Source: Selaginella moellendorffii (taxonomy: Eukaryota > Plantae > Lycopodiophyta). From it: a stretch of 64,000 bases of DNA. The stretch covers positions 5,896,653 to 5,960,652 of the forward strand of contig NW_003314261.1 of assembly GCF_000143415.4 (NCBI RefSeq), read 5' to 3'. Below are positions 12,156 to 24,649 of this stretch, in pieces (the first letter of the stretch is position 1; each line of letters opens with the position of its first letter). Under the pieces are notes generated by a model. That model saw only the letters and a list, made by a program, of their open reading frames with translations, did no database searches and was not told the origin of the DNA. A program made the translations under genes and the position numbers.

Positions 12156-13227
12156 TTACCGTTGGTGGTGGTGGTGACCCTGGCGGCGGTGGTAACGAGC
12201 GCCATCACGGGAGCTATTCACAACACGACCATGACCACCATGACCAGCAGCATTAAGTACTATATCTTCCAAACCATGGCGGCGGGGCGGGCGGCGCCGC
12301 TGCTGCTGGGCTCCCGCGCCGCCGGGGCAGAACTCGATGGCGTATCCAGCCCCGGACGCGCAGGTGAAAGTGCTGCTCAGGTCGTCATACGCGTAGCTGT
12401 AGGCCTGGGGGCAGTGCTGCTTGAAGATCCGCGAGTACTGCGTGGGCGAGCACGACTGGGACTGGCTGTGCGCGCCGCGGCAGCAAAACGCATCCGTCTG
12501 GAACGCCTCGCAAGCGCTCTTGCAGCCGACGACGCGGCCATGGATCGCCACCTGGAGCTCGCGCGGGCAATTGGCGTTGACGTCGCTGTGGCAGCCCACC
12601 GCGGGGCAGCGCGCGTCCGAGGGCGTGACGCGGACGGGGAGATTGTAGCCATCCACGAGAGAGACGTCGTAAAAGTCGCGGGCGTCGTAGCCGTTGAGCT
12701 TGAACTCGGTGAGCGTCACGGGCGGTATGCCGCCGGCGGCACCGCAGGCGAGGGAGTTGCCGCAGTCGCCCGTCTGGCACGTACCGCGGCCGGTGGCGGT
12801 GTCGAAGAGGCAGCCCGTGCGGCCCCAGAAGCGGCCGCCCCAGCCGCGCGGTACGTCGAGCTGCATGGACTGCATGGACTCCAGCTGGGCGCCCAGCTGG
12901 GGGAGCTCGCCGCCCTCGCCGCTGATCCACCCCGGCCACACTGGGAATGGGCACGAGTTGTTGATCGCGATCGTCACTGCCCCTGCGAGAAACAATCCAT
13001 TAGGCTCGGCGCATGGAACTAGGAAGGGACACTCGATCAATTCGAGCGCCATGAAATTCTCTCCTCTGGATCGCAATCTTGAAGAAGAAGCGGGAAGAGA
13101 ACCAAGATCGAGGATTTCTTTGCTTTTTCCTCTCGGCCAAGAACAAGAAGGATGGGCATTGTTTACCTGCATTGTGGAGGGCGATCGAGAGAAGGGCGAG
13201 GAGGGCGGTCGCCGCCATCGACTCCAT
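12156..13227 (-). CDS. Thaumatin-like protein (PR-5), 2 exons (13227-13167, 12982-12156)
   Basis: Signal peptide exon; NSCPFPVWPG, WGGRFWGRTGC, CQTGDC, DFYDVSLVDGYNLP, GCKSAC, FKQHCPQAYSYAYDD. Confidence 0.95.
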
Positions 13228-14640
13228 TGGATCGAGCTGCTCTTTCGAAGCTCGCCGCGCTCGCTGGGATGATCGAAGGAGGAGGAGAGAGAGGATGAGA
13301 TGATCTTGGGCGCCCTTTAAGGCGAAGGCCAAGAAGTGTCAACAGACAAATAGATGGGTAAAAATTAGGCTGTGAGTCGGTCGGATGAGCGGGCAGGTCT
13401 TTTATAGTCAGCGCATTGTCTTTGACAAAAAGCCATGTTGGTGCGTTGCTATTTCTTTCATGGCTCCAGCGTGATCAAACTAACTATAACAAAAGGCCTT
13501 GATCATTTGAAACTTTACCCCCTTCCAAAGCAAAAGTATAAACGTCCAACATAAACTCTCAAATAATATTCTAACTAAAAGAGGACTTCTAAAATTTTTA
13601 AAAAGTTTTTTAATTGATAAGAAAAAATGTAATCTTAATCATGAGTCTTAAACCTTTAAATTTTAACTTAATGTTGTGTTTTATATATATATAAATCTCT
13701 ATTTTAATATAATAATTACACTAATCACGTATACTACATTATTTCCAAATAAGTTAAATGGTATTAATATAGTATTTTAAATGTTTTTTTATTTGCTCTC
13801 CCTTTTTTTAATTAAGGTAATTAAGAGTTGAGATTATAGTGAGATTAATGCTTGAGATATATCTTTTTAGATTTATGATGGAATGGTTTTATTTTCTTAT
13901 TGGAAAATGCTATGTTGATCTAATTTTTTTTTATTAAAAAATCTTAAAATAGTATTAATTTTCATGATATTTTGTAATTTTTAACTAATAAACGAATTTC
14001 TATCACTATAAGATTTATTTCAAACATTTTAGAATTAGTCAAAACACAGAAAAAACCTCCTTAATAAGTAGTGGTAAAATATAATGAAGCTAAGAATAAC
14101 AAACACCATCCCTTAGCACTTTATATTTTTTTTATAATCAAGGAATATTCTGATTATTTTAGAATAATTTAACAATTTGTTTTTTTTTCTTGTGTTATCA
14201 ATAACACTATCACCATGATTAGTGACACTCAAGAACTTTTTAGTATAGTATTTTTGAATAAGTGGATCTTTAAATTTTTTTTTTTACTGTTTTGTTTTGT
14301 ATGTCTCTGAACAAGTTAAAAAAAATTAAACTTTACTTAAACTTATAAACTTTAGAACAAAAAATTCAAATATTTATTAATACTTTTGGATTAGATATTT
14401 CTTCTTGGTTGCATGTCTGCATCATTCTTTCTCATAAGCATCATAAGTGGTAAGTTTAATTTTTAAAAGTTTTTATAAAAGTATCTATATTAAAAATAAA
14501 ATAAGTTTGATATTTTGTTTTATCAAATAACACAATGTGCTTAAAGTTGATATAATAATGATTGGGAATATCTTCAAGTTAAGTAACACTTTTTTACTTT
14601 AAACTTAGCTGAAAAATAAAAAGATTTTGAGTGAAGAAAA
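13126..14640. repeat. Thaumatin exon 1 and upstream segment; source of the copies at 51235-52880 (direct) and ~43450-44430 (inverted, partial)
   Basis: Long near-identical runs, e.g. cactatcaccatgattagtgacactcaagaac at ~14206 and ~52416, reverse complement at ~43846. Confidence 0.9.
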
Positions 14641-14880
14641 ATATCAATTGTCTTTATGATGATAATAAAGTTTAGTGAAAGTTTGAAGTTTGCATCTATT
14701 TAATGACTTTGTATTAATAATAACTATTGAACTTAGTGTTTGAGTATTATTTCTAGAGCTATGAATTTTTTAATTTATTAATCTATATGATAGAATAAAG
14801 ATGAATATACTAGGAAGTGTTTATAATTTTAAGAATATACGTTAGAATATCCTAAAATATCTAAATTTATTTTAGGTATA

Positions 14881-14907
14881 CTAGCAGGGAACCCAGCTCC
14901 GTTGGGA
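14881..14907 (-). mobile_element. Helitron 3' terminus (hairpin + CTAG followed by T)
   Basis: Minus strand reads cccaacggagctggg-ttccctg-CTAG|t; same design as the terminus at 35660. Confidence 0.75.
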
Positions 14908-15521
14908 TAGTTAGATGCTAATTCTAAAAAGAGAACAATTTATTAAATCTTGCTTAAGTTCAATATGTAACAGTTTTTACTAAGTGATTGCAACCAAACA
15001 CTATTTCTTAAATGTTTAACTGGAATAGAATAATACAAGCTTGGACTCAAAGCTTAAAAGAATTATTCAACACATGAAGAGGTGGCTCAATCATATTCCT
15101 CAATTTGGTATATTATTTGGGCATTCCAGAGGTAAGAGTAGTTAATGGGATGGTATGGTAAAGGGTTTTTTGGTATAGAATGGCTGGTTTTGCATTTGCA
15201 AGCAAGTGATGTGTATTGAAGTATAAATGACTGTATTTTCTGGTGGTCTATGTGTTTGTTCATTATAACATGCTAAATTCTGATACAGTTGATGCATTTG
15301 TCATTTATTGTCCACTTGAGAATCATGTGTTGTTGTTCTTTCCCTTTTTTAGTTTTTGTATCTTGACATTCCTTTCTTGCTACAGATAACCATCAAACAG
15401 AGCTGATGTTTGCTAGGAGGTGTGTTTTATTTTATTTGTTTTTGCAAGTTCCATGTAACTATAAAACAAAACACAGATAAATATATCAACGTGTAAAAGA
15501 TTAGAATGGAATCTGCATACC

Positions 15522-17343
15522 TTAGGTGTCAAGTCCAAGTATATAGAACCTTAGCTTCTCCATGTCTTGGTATTTTTCAAGCTTGCTCCGGATTTTGAAT
15601 TTGTAAATCTTTGAGCGGATACCATCGATAAGTAGTGAAAATGCAGGGTAGTTCTCATCTCGCATTGTAGCTAGTTCCTTTGTTGACATTCCCACTATTT
15701 CCTGTGCAGCCTCTTGAAATGCAATGGCCCACACATGACTGCTACTATCCTCGATGCACATCTTTAGAGCATACTTGAACTCCATGTTGGCAGACTCAAA
15801 ATTGCAATAATTGCATAACCAACCATCTGCTGTTCGGGTAGTTTTTTTGCCACATTGCCGTGCATTCACGACATTGATGCATGCATTATAGTAAAACTCA
15901 TCTGTCTTCATTTCCTTCACAGTAGCTATCACTCTATAGATAGGGGAACTCTCTAACACCTTTAACTGCATGTTTGATATCTCTGATAAAGTAGTGGTGC
16001 AGCTAACAGTCTGTCTGGATGATGAAGTGCTCAAATGTATGAAGTTAGTGACATTGTAGTACAATGTCATCCATTCTCTCAAATCAGCCACTGCTTCCAT
16101 TTCCGGTTCAATAAGAATGGTGCTCACACCAATTGCTGAAAGTGATTTACCATTGTAGTCCGATACTTTTCCACCCTTGACACATATTATTGGCTGAACT
16201 CCACTGTCTATCTGCTCCTGTATATATGAGCCCTCTTCTTCTGCTTTTAAATCCCAGAGACATAGATCAACACTGTGGCCTGAATCATCACCTAGACACA
16301 ATGTTCTCTTCTTCACAAAAGTTCCACTGTCACGAGATGTTACTGTAATTGTACCAATCCATATTATGATACCAACCACATCGACAAAAGAGTCCCTTTC
16401 CTTCTGACACGCACTTAATATGCTTGTTTTTGCCAAGACAATTCTTGGGAACGTTGCATCCTCATCCAAAGCTGTAAACTCCATACCTTTGTTAGCCTGA
16501 ATCTCCCATGTCGCTTCAAATGGTGTGTATGCCTGATTGGAACGTCATATTCCACCACTACCAGAAAATGAATACACTGTACCCTGTACAATCTTATCTG
16601 ACAAAACCAAGGCACAATCGTCAGAGCCAATAATTCTAATCTCTGTTCCCTGGACATCGACAACGTCAAATGACATTATGCATCCAGATCTTTTCGTGTT
16701 GAAATGTATCAACTTGTTCTTGTGTGTGACTCTTGCACGGAAGGACCACCTGTAAGAACGGTCACTGATTTCTTTGATGAACACCTCTTTTATGACGGCC
16801 TTTTTTGAGCTCTCTCCCTGTATCAAAGGGCACAAATTGAATAAACTGGTTTAGACGTGAAATACCTTTTCCATGGACTCCTGGGCTCGTTTTTGACCCT
16901 GGCAAGTTCAATTGTAGCAGTTATTTTAGAATTAAAACCAAAGAAAGGACTTACCACTTTCATATCTTGAAGGATAGGGTTTGAGTGTGTGCGCTTCCAT
17001 ACTCCACCATCCAGGAAACATGCATCCGAAACAATCAATGACCTACAGAATATTTTGGTGTTTAAAATGCTCTGTCAAAAGGAAAATACACTTACTGTTT
17101 CCCATTTGTCTCAAGGAACGCGTAGTCCAGGAATTTTACAAACGAATTCAGACGGGCACCACATGAATCTATTAAACTTGAAACTTGGTGTGATGCAATT
17201 GCCTCGAGTATTTCTCTGTCATCCGTGACAGAGAACTTCATGGTCAGAGCACCAGGCTTTGAATCTATATTCATCACACGCAACACGAGTTCCTCTTTCA
17301 AATTTTCTTTGACCCTTCTGATCCCATCATCTGTGCACTTCAT
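15522..17343 (-). pseudogene. RPA70-like ssDNA-binding protein (Helitron-associated), multi-exon, in-frame TGA at 16545-16547
   Basis: WSFRARVTHK..SFDVVDVQGTEIR, FVDVVGII..LGDDSGHSVDLCLW, YYNAC..CGKK..CNYC zinc motif, EDSSSHVWAIAFQEAAQEIVG. Confidence 0.88.
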
Positions 17344-17699
17344 GATTGTTCACGATAGGGTTTCTCCGTGATATCTGCTATATAATGTTCACATTTATCA
17401 AATCATTCGCAACGTTGTTATCACTGCCTTGATGCATATGCATTGGTTGAAATAATAAAATTTATTCTTGTATTAGTGGGGAAAAAAGATTACGACNNNN
17501 NNNNNNNNNNNNNNNNNNNNNNNNNNNNNNNNNNNNNNNNNNNNNNNNNNNNNNNNNNNNNNNNNNNNNNNNNNNNNNNNNNNNNNNNNNNNNNNNTTTT
17601 TAAAAAAAAAAAATGATTCTACACTACCGGCCAAAAGCCCTTTCCATGATCTACCGATCTTCATGTTTAATAACAACTGTGGCAATACACGGCTCCTCT

Positions 17700-17975
17700 T
17701 TCCCACCAGCAAGTGCTCTAGAAAACTTAAAGGAATCGTGGCCTTGTCGATTCATCCCAAGCCACCTGCAGAAGCAGAGACATAAACGTTCTGTGAAGGT
17801 TTTGTAAACTTCTCAAAGTGGTTCGCCCATAATGGATCCCAGGCGCAGCGCGTCGCATCCAAGAAGGTAGTCATAACACGCAAGGAATCTTTGCTTTACT
17901 ATTCTGATTCTGGCGGCAAAAGGATGAATCGCTGATGATGGAGTTCCATGACTTGAAATCACAGAGAACCTACAC
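17700..17975 (-). pseudogene. F-box protein fragment
   Basis: Manual translation gives KSWNSIISDSSF and YVSASAGGL, with stops. Confidence 0.45.
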
Positions 17976-19520
17976 AGTATGATCCATGTCTAGTCACAGG
18001 CGTTTTTCTAGGTCTTTCCCTTTTGTTACCAAGGTTTTAAGGACCAAAGAGGATTACAACGCCCACGGAAACGGATTGCGTCCAGATAAGCACAAAATTG
18101 TGTCTGATGCATCTTCCAACACTCGAATTCCAGCTACACTTGCTGGTTATGAACGCAACTACTGAACACCATTTTGATCCATAGCGAAACAGTTTGATCT
18201 TCGTTTATTTGTAGTGTAGAAACTTGATGCATTCTTAAGCTTTTATAGGGCAAGCGTGTGCGAGGGGAAACAACTCCCAGGAAAAACACTTTCCTTTTCT
18301 TTTTTTTCATCTGATTCTTCGTCTGAAAATCAGACGAATCCAACCAGCTCCAACCAGCTGCTCAAAGCATGCGATCCAATAAGCCAGACAGTAGGGCATG
18401 CATGTGAGTTGGCCTGCGTAATCTCCATTTCCCGGTGGCTGTCTTGCACGGTTAAGGAAACCTTTTCAAAAATCTAAAGGCTGAAGATAACAGGTGTTAG
18501 AACCCAGCGACAAGTAAAAGATCCACACCTGATTCCGATGTAACTCTCGAACCACCCTCGTCCTACCCCAGCCGTTAAGCTGGAAGAGACAAATGGTACG
18601 TGAAAATTCAGTTGGGCATCATAAAGAATGTCTACTCCACTACCCTGGTACCCCGTGTCAAATGCTCGACCTGTAGCAGCACCAGACATAAACAATCATG
18701 CAAAATTGCTGTTGCTATCTGTATGGCTTGTTGTGGACGGTAGTCCTTGTACTGCTGCACCTCTTCCGCTCTCATCCATGTACACTGATTGAACTGTGTC
18801 AGTTATCTCGCATTTTCTTCCATACTGTATCGCTCTTCCTCCTGGTTTCCTCATGGTTGCTAGTGTATGACTGTGATAATTGTCTTGTGCTGGATGATTT
18901 TTCTGCACAAAGAATGCTTGTTTCCGTGTCTTGTATGCTAGAAGTTGATGTTGTGTAATCCAGAAACACAAAAGTCAAGTGTAAGCCTTTTTTTTAATGC
19001 AGGTTCCAAATGATTGTAATTCAGCAGGGCAATATTTCTATCTACCAAGTAGAGTAATGGGAACTATTGCAAACCATTGTTGAAGAGCTGTAATATTTAA
19101 AAATTACGGTGCAAAAGCCAGTGCTACTTTTTCAAAGCTAAGAAATTGGTTCCCTTTCAACAAAGTTTGCTGCTGGGTTTTGCCTTTAAAGCAGAAGCTG
19201 GTGTGCCAAATCCAAACCCTTCACACTCACCCGAGGAGAGGAACTATGTCGTGTGGTCTGTTACACAGGTGGAGCTCGTTCATACGTACATGGACTTCCT
19301 CTTCCATGGGGGCTGCTATCTGGTTCGGCTGGATGAGCTGTATTATTTGGATTTATTTAGTTTATTTTCTGGCAATTTGAAATTTGTTTTATACCATCAT
19401 TCTAATTAATGATGAGAGGACCATATTATAGATTAAAACTTTTTTCTCAATCTATTTTTTAATATCTGTAAGACATGATGTTTTTCCTTTTTCTCAATCT
19501 CATTTTAATATTTGTCATGC

Positions 19521-22300
19521 TCATTGAATAGCCCACCGCTTGATAAGACTTATCATTCCGTTCAGCTGTTGAATCTGTAATAATAACAAATACAGCTCAA
19601 AAAATACAAAATCATCTGAGAGGGATTAGAGGAAGATCAAGTACATTCTTTTGGGTTTTCAGCAACTGCCATTTTTAGATGTGCCTCCGCTCTGAAATGG
19701 AAATTTAAAGTCAGTAATAGATACAATTCATACGTACTTCAGTGATAGTTCCCTCAATGTAGCTAGTTTAGGGAAGTTATGTATTGGCTGAGCATCTTTC
19801 AATGTGGAGGTGATCTCAGTGTCTGTTTTTTTTCTAAATAGAAACTTTGCCATTTGTGATTTTACATTATGGAAATCATCAGATTTTGAGTTAGCTTAAA
19901 TTTAATTTATGTTTCTCACAAATTTACACCAAATACCTTATCTATTTCATTAACAAAGTGAGATTCCGATGCCTTTGTTGCTTTTCTTTGAAAATGTTTG
20001 GTGTCCTCGCAATCTTAGGACAATGATTAGCATTGTGAATATATTTTAGCAAAGAAACATCATTCTTGTGTTAAAAGGTTCTACCGTGAAGATGTTCTAT
20101 TTGTTGTTCATTCTGAAATTGGTATAAAGTTTTTTCTTTATGCGTCATGTTTTTTTTCTCGGTAGCAAAAGCAATCAGCAACTGGTCTATCAGTCTGTTT
20201 TTTCTGAAAGTCCTTCCTGTGTAGAAAAAGAATTAATAAAAAGGTATAAACAAGCAAGCCAATCATAATCTTTTCTGCATTATTTGCAGTTGATACTCTA
20301 ATTGTTGAACAATAAGTGTTCTTTCAAATCCTTGTTTGTCATGAGTGGGCTCCACAAAGTTTGCTTCCAAAACTCCTAAATAACCTTAAAGAATGTATCA
20401 AAGACCAATAGTAGAATAGTAAAACTTGCCATAGACACCTCGCCCTTATTTTCGTGATGAATTCCATATTTTCCAAAAGGGCTGTCATATATTAAATGAG
20501 AAAAATGATCTTTTTGAATGATTGGTTACCTTAATAAGTCGGTTTTTGTGGTAGACATTAAATCCTTGTATATCTATTTGTTGTGTGTACCAAAAGTGTA
20601 CTTTTGCAGATATCTACATTCAAAGTTGAATAAATATCAAAGAAAATTTTAATAATGGGGACAACTACTTTTAAATCATTTTGAAACTTGAAATTAAGAT
20701 GCTCTATATGCATTGCATCACTCCTTATGTCAGAGTGTTCAACTTCTTGATTTCGAAGAGTGATCTTGAAGTTTTTTGGTAGATGCAAATACAACATTGA
20801 AATATATACCTACAAACCTGAGTGGATGAGAAAGTGTATTTTAAATTTTTTCTTACCCGTAAAGAAACTTTGTACAGGAAAAAGTGTTTAATACTGGAAT
20901 ACTTTTTTGCCATTTCACATTGTATGTCATGTTGACCATTTCTAATTTGGATATCCTTGATGGGTGTCAGAAAAGTAAAATTTTAAAATATAAAACATAC
21001 ATGAGGATCAGATTTGAAGTCTAGTTCAATTTGTTGCTCGTCATTCTCCCATAGATTATAGATAATTATTCTTGTCCCTTGGTCATTAATTTTCTTGAAC
21101 TTGAATAGTAGAGACACATAACTTAAGATTATTGATCTAGAGTACCTACTTGGCTATGAATAGATCCTTCATTTTGATAAGGACTCCATTTAGTGATTAC
21201 GTCCATACAAATTTTCCAATCTTGATGTGTACATTTATGGATCTCTTTTAACTCAAGCCCATTTCCTTCATAATCCAGCTGCAAATATGAACAATGTGAT
21301 GTATACACATCTAAGAGAATTTATCCACTCAAAACCATTGGAACTATAATATCTTGCTGCACTGTATCACAGAGAAAGCTATAAGAGAGTAATCCCACAC
21401 TTTGAATAAATCTGTACACAATGTTAAATAAAGTGGCAAAAAATATGGCAGTCAACTCTTATACCTGTCACCTACTGCAGTGTTTGATTTTGAAAATACA
21501 ATGACATCTGCACCAAGGCGCATTGTACTTGTCTTGAAACCATTTCCATCTGGTAGTATAAATAATATTAAAAAATGTAAAAAAAAAGATGGCACTTACA
21601 TTGTCCAATTGTTCTACTGGCTGTGTCATTTACAGAATACCCAAAGGACATACATTGTCGCAAATGATCAAGAGTCATTCCACCACCATTGTCTAAATTA
21701 ACAAATACAATGTTACTTGCATAAAGAAAGAAAAAAGGAAAAAAAAAATGTCTTACAAACCTTCAAACAAAAGCATTGGCATGCCATTAACTGGATTCTT
21801 GAGAACATCTATGTTGGCAAATGTCGCTCCATTTGTTGTCTAGTCGAGTGCATTATCAAGCAGCTCTGCTATTGCTGCAAAAAGTGTAAGATCATGCATT
21901 AGAAAAAAAAGAGGAACAGTGATATGCCTATTTGAATTACCACCAAAAGCCCACTTGTGGCTTCTTGCATTAGAATGAAGGAATTTGGGATGCATTTGTA
22001 CGTGGTCCATTCCAGCTACAAAACCACGTAATGAGTTACTTCCTTAAAAAGCAGTCATAATGAGCAAGGACCTGGCATTGTTTGTGCATTAGAACCATCG
22101 TAATTTCCTGCTTTCCAAAACTAGGAACATTGTCTTGGCTGCTGTGTACAAACAACTGTTTTATCATTCTGTGCGGCATCCCCCTGATTTGGGAAAAACT
22201 CAAGAAAGTCGGCAGGCATGCACTCGATCTTAGGTTTCTTGTACTGGTTGCCGGCAACACCAGCTCTTGTCTTTCCAAAATTGGTGGACTTGTTTAGAAT
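19521..22300 (-). pseudogene. MORC (microrchidia GHKL ATPase) gene, intron-containing, near full length, premature TAGs at 22121-22123 and 21840-21842
   Basis: Exon translations FWKAGNYDG, MDHVQMHPKFLHSNARSHKWAFG, AIAELLDNA, DNGGGM..CMSFGYS, GNGFKTSTMRLGADVIVFSK, GTRIIIYNLW, GFNVYHKNRLIK, LEANFVEPTHDKQGFERT. Confidence 0.9.
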
Positions 22301-23334
22301 CAGACAGGGATTGATGCCTCTGGCAGTGAGCTCTTAGTCCCCTCCCATCCTTATGTGGGCCTTCAAGCACTCAATGATACAGTTTGAGAATGCAAAAGTT
22401 ACAGAGATTCAGAAACAGTGCAACTAAAGAAACGTGCGTAACATATAGTCTGGTGTCGTTTTGTTGAGCACACATATACCTAGATGCATAATGCCCTGTC
22501 ACGACACAATTTTATTTTCTAATTGAGTTTCAAGTGTGGTCTTTTGAATGCAACCTATTCTGTGACCACACACCAATCAAATTCATTTCTAATCTTTCCA
22601 ATTAAAGACACATGGGTATCATAATCATTACAAACAACTGTTCACTGTTCATTTTTACACTGCTTGCTGATCATTTTTTTCTAAAGTCTTACAATCTTGT
22701 CACTGATAGCAGTCCTATTTTCACTCTTGCAAAGAGATGGAATTCCAATTGGAATAGTATGTATTCTCCATTTGAGTGGGATGGCCGTTCCTGAAACATT
22801 TTTTTTTTCTGTGAAAAGTATGGTGCAATACCTTAGCCAAGCTGGGAGACAACAGAGCCTAGAGGGCATGTATACAAGTATTAGTTACTGGGTTTGTGTT
22901 TTTCTGGTAACTGAATATCATGCACCATTACAAGATTTGAAGTCCATGTTGTGAAACTTTAGAAGCAACTTTGTTTTTTGCTGGATCCTTGGATAAGCTG
23001 TGATCATTTCCAGCACAACTCAATCATCGATTTGATGGTATGTACTGTTTTAAGGACATATTGAGTTTTTTAGAACAAAAAGAATGTGCAGCCAGAAACC
23101 TCACTTAGGCTTTCAACTGCCTAGGTAAAATGGAAATCTTATTTTCTTAAGAGCCAATCATGCTGACTTTTGATGGGCATCTGCAGTGGTGTTTTGAGCA
23201 GTGGGAGTTGGAAGTGAAGGGAATTATATGCTGGCTGGGTGAGTTCTACCTTTTCAAAGTCAGTTGATAAAATTATAAACTACAAATTAACTTTATAAAC
23301 GATAGATTTCTACTTCTTCCGTTATGTTTTCAGA

Positions 23335-24110
23335 GGTTTTTACATGCAAATGAAAGACCGCTAGGTTGCTATGCTGGATTGGATTGCCAGGTGCGGTCAG
23401 GCAAGAGAAACAGGTCTTGTCCCCACATTCACATGCAACATTCCTCTTTTTTCTTTCCTCTGCTACCTGACTGCTTCTCTGTTTTGGGCTGCTCCCAGAT
23501 TCGGGTCGGAGCGATCGAGCAAGATGGATCCATTAGAGTTAATCAGAGCTTCACTTTTGACATCAAGGATCCAAATGTACAATTTTTGCAGCTTTGCAAG
23601 TTTTTTTCTACTGACGAGTTTGGGTGGTTGGGCAGAATGCAGTTCTGCTGTTACACGTTGTTTCTAAGACACGTTTTGGAGGAGAAGACTCGCTTGGGAT
23701 TTCTACGGAAGTTCATGTTGCTGATCTTCTCGTTAAAAAGGGAGGTCTGAGGAAGGTGTCTTTTCTCCTTGTGCCACCTTATTGCTCTGTTTCATTTCAG
23801 GTGGTCAAGATGGAAAAACCAAGTGGTATGATCTTTCTGGGAAGAGATTAATGCCGGGGAAGGTGATCAGTCTGTTCGCTTGACTTTTAAAAATGTTCGT
23901 TGTTGTCGTGTATTTGCAGGTTTTAATGGACTTAGATGCAAGAATAGCTGAACCCGAGCATGATATCAGTGTTTTCTTGGGTACATGGAATGTAGGAAAT
24001 GCAAGACCGGTATGTCAGCTATAATTTTGGACCAATTTGCTGATCTTTGGTAGCTCAGGCTGTGGATTTGTCATCGTGGCTTATTACAAAGAGCAAGCAT
24101 GCTGAATTGC
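23335..24110 (+). pseudogene. Fragment of a C2-domain + inositol polyphosphate 5-phosphatase-like gene
   Basis: Exons RVNQSFTFDI.. (C2-like) and ISVFLGTWNVGNARP..DLSSWL (5-PTase N-terminal motif); truncated. Confidence 0.65.
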
Positions 24111-24649
24111 TCTAAGAAACCTTTACTTCTTCTTGGTACATATCCATTTCATTTGAGGATTCAAAAAGTGCAGTGTCACCTCCTTTCCTTTGTTAAAAAA
24201 TATAAATAAAATACAAGAGATCTTTTCCAGTGTTCATCAAGGGGAATTCGTTTTCATTTTATCATCAAAAGAAAACTTAGTATCAAGAAGGTAAGTTAGG
24301 GCGAGTAAGCAATGGGCAGAGACTGACCACCACAATTCCTATAAGCCCGTGATTGGAGTTCGTTAATGATATCAACATTGAAGCCACGTAACAAAGGTAG
24401 TGTGGGATTAAACTTGCAAGCTTGGTCCGAATTTGTTTTGAAGCAGGTTCATTCCAGTTCAAAACCAAGTCATCCACGTTTCATAGACATTCTAACCTTT
24501 GATGTCAATCTAATAGAAATTGGTTAACTTAAGTACAGAGTTTCATTACCAGCGTAAAGTTGATATACACAGTTGTAAGGTTATGGTTTATATAACCATT
24601 TTATTGTGAGGAGCACTTGCATTTTTTATTTACTCCCAGTATAAGCCCT

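Noticed and set aside
12129-13022. 297-aa plus-strand ORF and other overlapping ORFs
   Set aside because: GC-rich antisense shadows of the thaumatin gene
18474-18695. Weak SEC13/WD40-like look (FDTGY..YDAQL)
   Set aside because: No continuation of WD40 motifs
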